Assembly (NCBI RefSeq): GCF_018350175.1
Contig: NC_058368.1
Span: forward strand, 227,232,001 to 227,296,000
Origin: Felis catus
Taxonomy: Eukaryota
Reading direction: 5' to 3'
Length of the DNA stretch: 64,000 nucleotides
The notes under the pieces are model-generated. The model was not told where the DNA came from and did no database searches. It was given only the letters and a program-made list of their open reading frames with translations. Shown here in pieces: positions 39,281 through 52,776 of the stretch (position 1 is its first letter; every line of letters starts with the position of its first letter). Both the position numbers and the translations under genes were made by a program.

Positions 39281-39480
39281 GGGGCACCTGAGTGTCTCAG
39301 TCAGTTAAGCATCCAACTCTTGATTTCAGCTCAGGTCGTGATTTCATGGTTCGTGGGTTCGAGCCGCGCCTTGGGCTCTGTGCTGACAGAGCGGAGCCTG
39401 CTTGGGATTCTCTCTCTCTCTCCCTCTCTCCGCCCCTCCCCCCGCGTACGCTCGCTCGCTCTCTCAAAAATAAATAAAAT
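39281..39480 (+). mobile_element. CAN-SINE
   Basis: Head, gagcctgcttgggattctctctc, aaaataaataaa. Confidence 0.9.
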
Positions 39481-40319
39481 TTCAAAAGAGAAACCAACAC
39501 TAGCAGTGGGGACATGGGGAGGTGATGGCAACCTTGCTTGCCCACAGGAGGCAAACACAGAGGACAGCTTTATCTCGATTAAACATTGCCTCCTTGTTGG
39601 GATCCCTTTCTCAGTGTGTGCGCTGGGTATGTGGGGGTGTCGGCACTGGCATAGAATTACCCGTGGGCTGGACAGACTAGCGTGTTTGATGACCAGCTTT
39701 TATTCTCTCGTTCACCTCCTAAAAACGACCAGATCCAAAGCCCAGACCTTAGAAATCTTTCACCAAACTTGGCACATGCCACTCTATGAATACCTACGGC
39801 GAGTCAGAGAAAGTTCGTCCCGCGGAACGAGTTCGTCCCGCAGCTGAGAGGCGCGTGAGGATCTTGGAAAGGTTGAAGATCCTGGGCTGATGCATTAACC
39901 TACGTATAAAAGAAGCCATAAACATCTTTGCCCACGTCTCTAGGAGGCCACCGTCGAGAGCCTCCTGGCATTTCTGCCACCCTGGTGAAGATCGAGCCGG
40001 CACCTGAGTGTTGTGATCTGACATGTGTGCTAGGGGCTTGAAGGTTTCCTTGGTACCCTCCGCCGTGCTACCCTCGTTTTCTTGACGTGGCCCAGATACA
40101 TGGTGACGCTAGCCTCCCTCCGTTCATCCTCCGCCTGTACCCTTGTAATGTTTGCTACACATTACCGCGTAGAAATCAACCTTTACCTAAGGATCTTGGG
40201 GATTTCTCATAAGAATGGTCTTTATCCAGATGTTCACATCAGCCCTTGGCACCAACTGCAATATCTAAGTCAGAGCGAAAGAAGGGTTGGTGTCAGTATG
40301 ATGGAGTATTGATTAGGAT

Positions 40320-40520
40320 CATAGCCCCAAGCTTAAGCTGTCAGGACTCTTCTCCCAGCCCTGTGTCACCCTGGACAAGTGACTTAGCCTCCCCGTGTGC
40401 CAGTCTCGCCACCAGTGAGCTGGGAAATAACAGAGCCCCTCTCACAGAGCTGTGGGGAGAAGTAACGATCTTGGAATCGTATGTGCACAAAGCAAGCACT
40501 CAGTAAGTGGTAGCTGCTAG
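40320..40520. mobile_element. MIR remnant
   Basis: ctgtgtcaccctggacaagtgacttagcctcccc...agcactcagtaagtggtagctg. Confidence 0.55.
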
Positions 40521-40631
40521 GATATTTCCATCATCATCATTATCATGTTCATTGGGTTTTATAAGGTCCAAATGCAAATGGGCACTCGTTCTGTATTCTG
40601 TTAGTATAGAGGCGTTTAAAAGGACAGGAAT

Positions 40632-40793
40632 GGGGGCACCTTCCTGGGTGGCGCAGTCGGTTAAGGGGTTAAGCGTCCGACTTCGGCTCAGGTCATGGTC
40701 TCACAGTTTGTGAGTTCAAGCGCCAGCACAGAGCCTGGAGCCTGCTTCCCATTCTGTATCTCCCTCTTTCTGCCCTTCCCCCACTCATGCGCA

Positions 40794-40827
<34 letters not shown>

Positions 40828-40857
40828 AATAAAACATTTAAAAAATTAAAAAAAAAA
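40632..40857 (+). mobile_element. CAN-SINE with small internal duplication and deletion
   Basis: ggttaaggggttaag duplication; degenerate TSD ggac(a/g)ggaatgg. Confidence 0.9.
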
Positions 40858-41519
40858 CTGGACGGGAATGGAAGGTGGTGGGTGATGCTTCTGAATGTTG
40901 CAGCTGAGTCAGAAAAAGGAGTGGAGCTTCTGAGCTGCACAAAGGTCCTCAAGTTTAAGGTGCTAGAACGATCAAGGGAACAGTCTTTCATCAAGCAGAA
41001 AGAGGGTGTGTATGCCAGCAGGGACAGAGAAAGATCGTGGCAGCAGGGTATGTATGTAGACAGGCAGAAAGTATGGATGGTTAGCAAACAGACTTTCCAG
41101 ACCCCAGGGTTGACCTTCTATCCCAGCCTATTGTTCATGGAGTTGTGGGTTTTTTTTTTTTTTAATATAAAAGCATTTTAAACTCAGCTCTGAAGTGGAA
41201 TGGATATAATCTTGAGGTATTAATCAAGAAATATTGTCATCTGGGGACCATATGTAACTTTATAAGTATAAAAAAGTGGAGGAAATATAGGAATTTCACT
41301 AATAGTAAAGATGTGAGGTCAAGCTGAGGAATAAGTAGTTAAATGGCACAGGAAACTTTGGTCTTTTTAAGTACGCTAGAATCCTGTAGTAATATTTCTT
41401 CCTTGTCCAGCCTCCCGCCATCTTGAATGGAAGTTAAATTAAGCCAAGTGAAGAAGCTTCGTTTTTAAATGAGGGATCCAGATGATTTGAGGAGGGTCCT
41501 ATGACACTAAAGTAGATCT

Positions 41520-41738
41520 TTTATTTATTTATTTTCTTTTCTTTAATGTTCATTTTTGAGAGGGAGACAGAGTGTCAGCGGGCGAGGAGCAGAGAGAGGG
41601 AGACGCAGAATCCGAAGCAGGCTCCAGGCTCTGAACTGTCAGCACAGAGCCTGGCGTGGGGCTCGAACTCGTGAACCGCGAGATGACCATCTGAGCCGAA
41701 GTCTGGACGCTTCACCGACGGAGCCACCCAGGCGCCCC
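41520..41738 (-). mobile_element. CAN-SINE
   Basis: Reverse copy ending in caggcgcccc. Confidence 0.9.
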
Positions 41739-43599
41739 TGAAGTGTATCTTTTAACGAGCTAACGTGTTTCCAGTTGAGAGGCCAAAAAGTAAAATGGTT
41801 TTTTCTGCTCCCTTTTTTCTTTCACCTTTTTTCTCGAAGAAAGCAACAAGAGAAAACTGAGTTAGCCACGCTTCATACCTGCTTGATAGTTCGTCCCTGT
41901 TCTTTATAGAAACTCTGCTGCAGTCATGGGAAGTGACAGAGAACGCCCGTGTCATATTTTGGACTTGCCCCGTCTTGTCTGTGTGTTTTCGGGACGCACT
42001 AAATATGGAGGGCACCGCACAGAGCAATGACTTTGACTGCTTAACGAGACCAGACCAGGCTTCATTTTGCTGCAGCTCCCTTTAAACCACAACCTCATGT
42101 GTGGGTGTCAGGTTCTTGGCCGGAGTGCCAGCTAAACAGAGCGAGGGTGTCTCATTTAGAGTGGTATATAGATCCTTGGGAAAATAAAACATGGCTGGAA
42201 AATTACTGGGAAGACAAATGATCTAATTTAACCCAAACCACTTTTTAAAATACAGACGAACAGAACAATAACAGTGGAAAATTACAGGAACCTAGACTCT
42301 TTGAGAGGACTGAAATCCAACGATGCTGATTATCCATGCCACCAAGAGAAGCTATTCCCACAGGTAGCTTTGCCTACACGTATGCTTCTGAGTTTTCCAT
42401 AGTTTCACAAACACGTATTGTCTGAGGACCCTGGGTTTGAGGAGGATGTTTAAGCTGCATCTGCCGCGACAACTGTGAGTTTGCTTCGGGTCATAAAAGG
42501 TGTAACAGGGTCATTGGAGCTATAGACCAAGTCTTTCGTGAAAACGATGAGTCTAGCAAAACAGAATGGTGACCTAGCCCCGTGTCCCGTTTGTTTTTCT
42601 AATCCAGGATGAGGCAAGTGAAGGAAGTATCCACCTTACCCGAAGGAAAAAAAAAAAAAAGAAGTAGGTATTTCAGCATTTCGTGTAATAATCTCTTGCT
42701 ATTTTAGGGAACGATACCAGTTTCTGACTCAACACCCGTTTGTGGAAGAATTTGAAAGCTCTTTCTTTATGAGCAACATGATCATGGGTTTACCACGTGG
42801 CCATGCATGTCACTTCTCAGGTCAGGTTCTGACAGGGCCTTGGCACTTCTGGAATCGTGTGGGCTTCTCTCTGGACGCCTTGTTGCCTCTTCAAGCCCCC
42901 ATCGGTCGAAATTTGGAGATTACTACTCCGGTTACCTGTCTGTGGCACACCCGGCTCTTGGCACGGTTCCTCTCCCGCTTCACCAGGCTGTGGGCAGAGG
43001 TTCTTTTGCCCTTTGACTCTAAACTCCTAATCTCCTTCTCGTGCCAACAACTTCTGTTACGGGATTTGACTCTGTAGAGGCACAGTTTGTCCTACATCCC
43101 TGATGACATCCACGGGATGTGAAAGAAGGGAGCCGGAAAAAGGTCTTTGCTTAAACTTGACACTTAAGAGGCTAATTATGTGGCCCGAGGTTGCCTTCTG
43201 TTTATGTCCATGTGTCTGCAGTTCAGCAGGCCAGCCTCTGTCCGATGCCTACTGGGTGCCCCGGCAGGGGAAGGCCTTGCCCATCTCTTGAGAAATGTCA
43301 GAACTACAAGGCTGTGTGCAAGCCACGGTCATCAGTCTGCATCTTTTAAGTACGTAGATTCTACCAAAAATAGTTTTTATTTACCCAGAAACCCAAACCT
43401 ACAGCTGGAGGGGTTTGTTTGTGACCGTGCTAGATGTACAAGTGATGCACGTACAAGTACGTGCAAATAAACATTCGTGTGTTCACCTGTGGATTTTCAA
43501 GCGTGTGCTGCATGTGCTGAATGGATGGAGGAAGGCTGGCGACAGGTGAGCCCTGTCCCTGCCTCGAGTAGTCAGGTGAACAGGCAAGGGGTCTGGTAA

Positions 43600-45400
43600 A
43601 CAGGCAAGCACAGTCCACACCGATGGGGGAAGTCGTGAGGTCCAGGGGCCGTGCAGGCCGCCGTGGAGCACAGAGGAGAGGGGTAGGCTCCAGGGACAGC
43701 CTCCCAGAAAATGTGATTCCTCAACTGATGATAAGTTTACCAGGTGAGTGGGGTGGGACGGGGTAAAGGCGATTCTGTGCAGGGAAAAAAAAGCTCGAGC
43801 AGAGGCCCTTAGGTGAGAGAGAGCGTGGTATATCCAGAAAACTACAATCAGTTTAGGCTTCATGAAGTACACAGGGCAAGAGGGAATGCCAAGCGGGATC
43901 AGATCATGAATGGCCTTTGTACTTGTTCACTCACTGCCCGGATATTTATTGGATGCTGGCTCACCATGTGCCAGACGCGGTTGCAGACACTTACAGCAAC
44001 GTTTGTGGACATCGTGGTCTAAGTACAGGGGGCAGCCCTGAAGCACGTTGAGTGCACATTCAGTAAGTCGGATTTTTGCGATCTGACCGCAGTGTAGAGG
44101 ATGGGAGGATGGCTTGGGGCTGGAAGACCATCGGTGATTTGACGCAAGGCATCGCACGGGGGCTGGAGAGAACTGGACTGGGGAGCGTGGCTGGGGAAGG
44201 AGTAGGGATGGGATCAAGAAATCTGTGCAAGTGAGGGATAAAAGGCGCCCGGGGAGCTCGCTCCTGCGGCTCCTGGCTGGGAACCCTGGGCGCATGCATT
44301 CACACGGGGAGTCTGAGAGGAGGCGGGTCTGTAGGAGCCCACAGAGTCTATAGATGCTGAACTCAAGCTTTGGCAGTGTGGAATGTGAGGTACTAGGGAG
44401 ACATTCAGTGGAGATGAGTGGGTTTGGAGCTGAAGAGAAGTCTAAGAAGTCTAGAGGGATGGATCTGAGGATCCTGAGCAGACAGAAAGTGTCTGGGACT
44501 GGAGGGGGTGGGAATCACTGAGCAAGAGTGAGAAGAGGTGAGGGGCCCGGACAGACCCCTGGGACACCAATATTGAAGCGACCACAAATGGAAAAGCACC
44601 GAGAGAAAAGCTGAGGCAGAAGAGAGAGGAAGAAAACCGGAAACCACAATGCCCTTGAAGCCAAGTGGTGGGGGAGGCATTTCAAAGAGGGAGTGGCACC
44701 AGGGTCCGATCCGCTGAGGGGTCAGAAGGGTCAGGACAGAAAAGGGCCAGTTTGGTTTAGCAGGAAGAGCGTGTGCAGGGAAGGGGGCAGAAGACAGAAA
44801 ACAGGACCCAGCAGGTGCATTCAACTAACCATTGTTGGTTGACCACTTGTAATATGACCAGACCATGTTATGACTGTGGTTCTGGGATACGGATAAGGTT
44901 CCTGCACTTTAGCAGCTGCTGTTCTAACAGGCTGAGGAGTAAATGGGAAGAACAAAAGTGGAAATGATGAAAGCAGGTAACACTTTTTAGGAGTTGTCTA
45001 TGAAAGGAAGGCAAGAAAGAAGGTGGTAACTCGAGGAAGCGAGGAGTCGAGAGAGGGCTTATTTTTAAGATGGAAAACGCTTATGCGTGCATAACTGTTG
45101 ATGGGAAAGAGCCAGTCATGTGGCAAAGGATCAGACAAGCCCAAGAGGAAGATGGGAGCTCCTGTCAAGGTCAGAGGGGACTTAAGTGCAGAGCCCAGGT
45201 CGATAGTCCTATAGTCACCCTGGTCAGACTGGCCTTTCCATTGTAACAGGACAGAAATGGTGAGGAAGGGTTTGGGCAGATATGTTTTGTTGAGGTTTGT
45301 TTTAGGGAGAGAAGCAGTAAGAAATCTCATTTCTGATGGATTTCGTGTTCCAGCTGAAGCAAGAGGTGAGGTTCTCTGCTGAGTAAGAGGAAATGAGGCA
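43600..45400 (-). mobile_element. Long degraded L2 remnant(s)
   Basis: Purine-rich L2-like blocks: gagcagaggccc, ccctgggacaccaa, cttgaagccaag, atttcaaagagggagtgg, ctgaggagtaaatgggaag. Confidence 0.55.
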
Positions 45401-46269
45401 GGACAGAGATGCTTAGCAAGGACTCTTGCTGTTCGATTGCCATAAATGACTGCAGGATCGGGGTGAGTTGGTGACTCTCGGTCTGAGAATCTCAGTCTGC
45501 AGTGTAGAGATGTTTCTGGTCTCTAGAGCCTGAGTTTAAAATGTCAGCATCTCTTTTAGGCTTTAAGGGTCTAAGACTGTTGGTATCAGGGAGATCACAT
45601 GTGGGATTTGTTAGCCATTTCCCTGGGGGTTGTTTTGTTTTGTTTTTGTGTTTTACTTTTTAATATCCTGTAGTTTTGATAACTTTCTGGGAGGAAAAAA
45701 ATCAGGCAACGGAACACCATGAACCTGGCAGGCCCTGGGAAGATACTAAGACACGAAGGAGCCACTGAATGCCTTTTGGACCCAGACCCGTTTTTAAGTC
45801 ACACATTCCATGTTGCTGAGCGTCCACCGTGCAGAGACCACGGATCGAAAGTGTGAGGAAGGCCCCGAGCCAGGCCATCTGGGACCAGGACCAGGCTGTG
45901 ATTGAAAGGCAGCTTTATACTTACAACGGTTGGAGTCCTGTTAGACCTGGCCCTGATCTAAAGTGAAGAGTCTTTGCCGTGGAAAGCTCATGAACGTTTA
46001 GGAACTTGCCTGTAAACAGCAGGTGAACCTCTGTCGTTACGACGGAATTCTGACTCAAGGTCTAGTTCATCCCAGGGCCAACTCAGACACCACTGTAGCT
46101 GAACTGCAAGACCATCTTGAAGTCTGCTTGCCAGCCGTAGCACCTAGCTCTTCTTCCCGGTCTTGGCTGGAGATAAAAGCAGCACTCGGAATGCCCTGGC
46201 CAGAACGGTACCTGTAAGCGAACTAATGCTGAGCTGCAGTATAGTTACGGCACCTGCAGCACATGGAGA

Positions 46270-47220
46270 GCTTGGCCCCTCCTGGGTGTGTTTCAATTGA
46301 TTTCTGGAGCGCACCAGGGCTGACTCTTGGACCCCTCTTTATCTATAGGCTATCTAGATTATTTCGTTCAGGGTCCTGCCTTTACATACCGTCCGTAACT
46401 GACGGCCTCCACATGAGGGTCCACAGCCCAGATGTCTGCCGTAGACTCCAGACTCACCTAGCCAGCATCCTTACCTGATTTGCCCATTTGGAATTCTAAT
46501 GGGCATCTCCAATCCAACGGGGGGACACCCAGATGGAGCTCTTACTTTTCCTTCCCCAACCTTCCCGCCTCCCCAGTCTCTTCATCTCAGGAAACAGGTG
46601 CACCACAGGACCAGTGGCTCAAGCCAAAAAACTCAACGGGCGGCTTTGATTTCTCCCTTGTCCTCATGCCCACCAGGTGGTCCCTCACTAGATCCGTTTG
46701 TTTTATCTCCAAAAAGCTCTCAAGTCAATCTGCTTCTCCCATTTCCACTATCCCGCCCTGGCCTGAGCCATCGCTGTCTCTTATTTGGATTACCACGGAC
46801 TCTTGGCTTTGAACTTCTGCCCTTCCCTCTCCAGTCCGCCCTCATCCGCATAGCCAGCCTGAGCCTCTGTCCTCCCTCTGCTCAGACCCTGTAATGGCTT
46901 CCCACTGCTCTTAGAACAAAACACCTGTTCCTCGCCATGACCCGGAATGACATCAGCGTTGCCTAATTTCCCAAACTCCCTTTATCCCCCTCCCCACCAC
47001 TCTTACTGGCCTCCTTTCTGTTCCCTAAAACACCAAGCCCTCCTGCAGCCTACGGGCTTCCTCCAGCTCTGCATCTAGCTGGTTCGTTCTTATTCTTCGG
47101 CCTCCATTTGTCACCTCCTTGGAGGGGTTTCCTTGTCTAGTCCTTCTCAATAAGCTTCTCCTAGGAGTCCTAGTTCATTAGCATGCTTTGTTTCTTCAGT
47201 ACCTAGCCCAGTAAATGCTT
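46270..47220 (+). mobile_element. Degraded L2 remnant
   Basis: Pyrimidine-rich: actccagactcac, tggctcaagccaaaaactc, aatggcttcccactgctcttagaacaaa. Confidence 0.55.
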
Positions 47221-47249
47221 GTACTGCTTTTATATGTTTTACTTCATTC

Positions 47250-47428
47250 TTTTTTTTTAAGTTTATTTATTTATTTTGGAGGTGGGGGAGGGGCAGAGAG
47301 AGAGAATCCCAAGCAGGCTCCATGCTGTCAGCACAGAGCCCCATGAACTTGAACTCATGAACCGTGAGATCATGATCTGAGCCAGAAGCAAGAGTTGGAC
47401 GCTTAACTGAGCCACCCAGGAGCCCCCC
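47250..47428 (-). mobile_element. CAN-SINE
   Basis: TSD tttacttcattcttt. Confidence 0.9.
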
Positions 47429-48745
47429 GTTTTACTTCATTCTTTCAAACAGTTACCGAGATTACCTATCATGTGATCCCCTCATGTGGCATGTCTGAGG
47501 ATGTATAGTGAGCCAGAGAAAGTTCTCTGTGCCCTGGAGCTTACATTCAAATGGAGAAGATAGACAGTAAGACAGATAAAAAGCAAATAAACTATATAAT
47601 GTCGGGTAAGGAATGTGCTCTGAAGAAAAACGGGGTAAGCAAATTGAGACAGGTGAAGCCAACAGCAGACGGTGGAAGGATAGGGAAGGATGAATTACTG
47701 GAAAGAACGCATCACAAGTAAGTGGGCAGTGGGTATTTCGTTCAAATCGGTATTGAAGAAATAAACTATTTTCGAGAAAGTGAATTTTGAGCCGTATCTC
47801 ACTGCCTAAGTTCCAGGAGGATTAAAAGGTAAAATGAAACCATCAACCAGAGTAACATTCTAGTTACTGTAGTTAGTTACCCAACCTCTGGATGGGTAAG
47901 AATGGCCAAGTCCAAAAGTATGGGAAGAAACTCCATGAAATGATTGACGGACTCCATATAACTCATTATCTGGGGTATCAAAAGAAAATCAGGAAGTTAG
48001 GATGTGAACAAATTGAGGGAAATACTTGAGATAAATGGGAACCATAAAAAGGCTAATGATATGAATAGAGCACATGCCCTCAACTGTAAAGTTCTCTTTT
48101 CCTTGTTTTCATGTTTCTTGAAATTAGAATGTTCTTCATTCTCTGTGTACGTTTAATGCGGTCATGAAAAATGTTGAATCAGTGGTATATCTTACAAGTA
48201 ATAGCATCTTATCATCAAAATGCAATTTTTTTAAGTTCATAAAAATTCATAGGAACATTAAAGTTCCTAGTAGAAAATGCTTCATTCATTGAACAGCCAT
48301 CTGAGAGTTTATGATGTCGTGAGGGGGCGGGTAGAGAGTGGTAAACAAAATAGACAAGTGTGAAGTCCCTTCTCTAGGCCAGTCACTGCCTGGTGTCCTC
48401 TACACCACTTACATCCAAACTAAGATCAGCCGGGTTGTTTCGGCGAGAGTAAGTACCTTGGCCAATGCCGCTCAGTAGTTAAGTGATACAAGCGCATCCA
48501 GCTCAAAGTCTGTGTGGCTCTAAACCCTGTGCGCTTTCCTCAGATTACTGTGATTGTTGACCTAAGTGGGGTGTTCACACTCAGTCTTGCTGACAGAGCT
48601 GTTGTCCCCTGTGCCCTCCCTGCCTGTCATCTCTTCAACCCTAGATTTAGGACTCTGTCAAGGAACTGTTGGTGGCAATAGAAAGCATGACAGTGGGCGC
48701 CCCAGCCAGGACTGATGTCTTTTTAGCAAAGAATGAAGCCTTGCC

Positions 48746-48955
48746 GGGGCGCCTGGGTGGCTCAGTCGGTTAAGCGTCCAACTTTGGCTCAGGTCATGAT
48801 CTCGTGGTTCGTGAGTTTCAGCCCCATGTCTGGCTCTGTGCTGACAGCTCAGAGCCTGGAGCCTGCTTCGGATTCTGTGTCTCCCTCTCTCTTCCCCTTT
48901 CCCACTCGCGCACTGTCTCTCGCTCTGAAAAATAAATAGACAGTAAAAAAAAAAA
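48746..48955 (+). mobile_element. CAN-SINE
   Basis: Full head, body and tail. Confidence 0.92.
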
Positions 48956-49194
48956 TTGAAAGCAGAATAAGATTTTGCCAACAAGACACATGAAAAAAAA
49001 GGTCTAAGTCTACATTATTTACATGCCCTCCTGTATGCTTTTTAAACTTGTGCTAAATAATATATATCGTTTAAATGTCAACGAACATTTTTAGCAATAA
49101 AACAATGAACAATTCCCAGCCATAGATTTTGGGAAGGACGGGAAGAAAAAAGAAAAAGCTGTACGCTGGTCTCAAAGTCTGAGGAAAACATAAT

Positions 49195-49630
49195 GAGAGC
49201 TATCCCAAGTTGGGGGTCTCTGGAAGCAGAACTCACGCTGGGGAATTCTTGTGCAAGTGATCTGTTGGGCGAGCACTCTCAGGGAGAGGGGAGGAGGGTC
49301 GTGGGGGGAGGGGAGAGAAGGGAAGCAAGGAGGTTGTCTCCACTGGAGACCAGCTTCCACCCGACCCCACAGGGAGCTCTGGATTTCTGTCCAGAGCAAC
49401 CCCACCCTGCGGCAGGGGACCTGATCTTTTCATACCCCTGTGTCAGCCAGCCATTGTCTGCGTGCCACCTGGGGCTCTGGTGTGGCTCCTCTAACCCAAA
49501 GTGGCTGGGGGGCAATTTTCCCTGAGGGGGAGGCAGCTTTGAGCCATTAATGGCCAACTTCCTGCACCTAGGGACAGGTGCGCTACCCAGTAGAGGGTCT
49601 GAGTAGGACACACAACAGCATCCACTGCAG
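49195..49630. mobile_element. ERVL/MaLR-type solo LTR (LTR16/LTR33-like)
   Basis: tcccaagttgggggtctctggaagcaga...tgtgcaagtgat...cacaacagcatccactgca. Confidence 0.5.
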
Positions 49631-50117
49631 AAATCCAAAAAAAAATTTAATTTGGGAGATCATCGAGTGATAGATCGTGACACATAACAGGACCCTCTGA
49701 CTAGATGTGCTATTAAACACAGGATTTGTTATCAAGGAACTTCTTGATTTTTATTTTGCGTTAGGGTATTAAAGTATTACATCAGCTTTGCTAGAAGGGA
49801 AATTTTTTCTAAGGAAGGCATCATGGCAGGTATGTTCCACAAAGGCTAAGAAGGTTTTTATGGAAAATTTTAAGGTATTATTGGGGGGAAAAAATGAAAA
49901 GAGGATTAGGCATATAATTGGAAACAGGTTTCAAAAACTAGCTTATATGATACCAACCTTGTCAGAAGAATGACACTGAATTCCTACAGCAAATAGATAT
50001 TTTTCTCCTAGATTTTTCTAAAGCTGTTTTACACGTTGGTATTTTCCTATAAATACTTTTTTTTTTTTTTTGCTAACGGTGCTTTGCATAGAATGTTCAA
50101 CTATATGATGATGGATA

Positions 50118-50121
50118 CGTG

Positions 50122-50152
<31 letters not shown>
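50118..50152. repeat. (TG)n microsatellite
   Basis: TG run. Confidence 0.92.
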
Positions 50153-50155
<3 letters not shown>

Positions 50156-50159
50156 ACAG

Positions 50160-50635
50160 CATTAGACAAATATATTTGTCAAAACCCCTAGCATGTACAG
50201 CCCAAGAGTGAACTCTAATGTAAACTATGGGCTTTGAGTGATAATGATGCATCGTTGGAGGTTCATGGATGGTAAAAATGCACCACACTGGCACAGGATG
50301 ATAGCGGGGGATGCCTTGTGTGTTGGGGCAAAGGGACTACAGTAACTGCACATTCTGCTCCATTTTGCTGTGAACTTAAAACTGCTCTAGGGGCGCCTGG
50401 GTGGCTCAGTCGGTTAAGCGGCCGACTTCGGCTCAGGTCGTGATCTCGCGGTTTGTGAGTTCGAGCCCCGCGTCGGGCTCTGTGCTGACAGCTCAGAGCC
50501 TGAAGCCTGTTTCAGATTCTGTGTCTCCCTCTCTCTGACCCTCCCCCGTTCATGCTTTGTCTCTCTCTGTCTCAAAAATAAATAAAAACGTTAAAAAAAA
50601 TTTTAAAAAAAACTGCTCTAAAAAATAAAGTCTAT
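50160..50635 (+). mobile_element. Old L1M 3' end fragment interrupted by a SINE
   Basis: gtgaactctaatgtaaactatgggctttgagtgataatgatg...ttttgctgtgaacttaaaactgctctaaaaaataaagtctatt. Confidence 0.75.
50390..50608 (+). mobile_element. CAN-SINE
   Basis: TSD aaaactgctcta. Confidence 0.94.
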
Positions 50636-50769
50636 TGTTTTGTGCTGATCTCAGCCTATCGATAGTAATGCCAGGGGCTAGAAATGCCTTGAAGGCACTC
50701 ACCTGGGTCCCAGTGAACCTCCTCTCCCCCTTTCAAAATCGGCATTACTACTGGGCCCACCCTTGTGGA

Positions 50770-51240
50770 TCTTATTATGATTGCCAGACGCCCTTGAGCA
50801 ACAACCATCAGGAAACTTTGAAAATATAAAGGTTTATTACTTACAAGACCCGGAAATTGCACGGCACACCTGAGGCTATCCAGTGAGGTCGAGATGTTGT
50901 GGGGGGAGAGGGGGAGCGTGCCGGCATCCATGGGCCTGGGATTCTGCTTTTATTGGGGTCAAGCGAGGGGATCCAGGGTTTCACGGGCTTATTCTTTATT
51001 GGTGAATTTAAGACATAAGGGCAGGAATTTAAAGCATGGGGAAGAGAAATGACAAGTGGCCCAAATGGTCAGTTGTGAAATCAACTAAGATCTCTGAAAC
51101 AGAAGAGCCTTAGTGGTGGGGAAGGTGGTCGGGTTCTTTATCTATTCCTGTGGCTGGCAATGTGTTTATTCAAGATAGTTTTCTTGGAAGTGGACGATGC
51201 CTCTTTGAAAGAGCTGTCTGGGCAATCGAAGCTTACTGTG
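50770..51240 (-). mobile_element. Probable solo LTR (family not assigned)
   Basis: aaaggtttattacttac (AATAAA on the - strand) and ctgcttttattgggg (TATA-like on the - strand) have LTR-like spacing. Confidence 0.45.
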
Positions 51241-51367
51241 CATGCTTTTACTACATCTGTTTCTATATGTATAAAACTACACAGCTGACCCTCCTGCTTA
51301 ACATTTCCTGTTCCTAAAGAGCACGTGATGTCCTGGTGACATTTTTAAAAAATTTTCTCTCCACCCA

Positions 51368-51610
51368 GGGACGCCTGGGTGCCTCAGTCAGGTGAGCATC
51401 AGACTTAGGCTCAGGTCATGACCTCACGGATCGTGTGTTTGAGCCCCACATCGGGCCCTGTGCTGACAGCTCAGAGCCCGAAACCTTCTTCAGATTCTGT
51501 CTCCCTCTCTCTCTGCCCCATCCCCATTTGTGTGCGTGCTCTCTCTCCCTTCTCTCTCAAAAATAAAGAGGTACACGCTTAAAGATAAATAAGTAATAAA
51601 TAAACAATAA
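51368..51610 (+). mobile_element. CAN-SINE
   Basis: Degenerate TSD aaaaaatt...ctc..cacc. Confidence 0.9.
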
Positions 51611-52347
51611 AAAAATTCTCCCCACCTAGACATCCATTCCCAGCATCTCTGGTGTAATTTGTCTAGCAGGTGGGAAAGTGAGTTTGGAAATGCCATGCTG
51701 ACAAGGCCACTGGTACCTCAGAGGGTCCATCATGGAGGATGGTTAACATGATCAGAATATTCTGTGACCACAACTTCTTGAGCAAGCAATATCCAAAACC
51801 AGGGTATTTGGTTTAAAGGTTTTCTTATATTTGTTTGCACAGAGTTCAGGAACACATTCCAAGCTCAAATACAATAAGAATCGGGTAAATAGCATCCATC
51901 AAGGATATAATCTGTTCCTTCAATACTTTTGTTCATAACATAGAATTCGCTCTGTTCAAGGAAGGATACCTCCATAACACGTAGACGGTTTTTCAGGTTA
52001 TGGGTGCACATGCACGCATGCATGGTCACGCACACGCGGGCATGCGCACACACCCCTTCCTTAAAGAAAAAAAGAAACCATCACCCACCCCCCTACAAAG
52101 TGGCTGACTCATTTCCAGAATTCCTGCCGCCGTCATTGAGATTCAGCCTACAAGTAAAATGTAACCTGTTGAGGTTTTAGCCAAAACTTCTTAGAATCAT
52201 CTTCTGATATTAACATAAAAAGCTTATTGGGTTTTTCTCTCTGACTTTAACCCCACCGGGCAGGGATCTCCCCTACAAGAAGGTATTTCAAACCAAAGCT
52301 AATAGGGATGAAAATGAAAACTAATAACCTTGATCAAATTACAGTGA

Positions 52348-52776
<429 letters not shown>

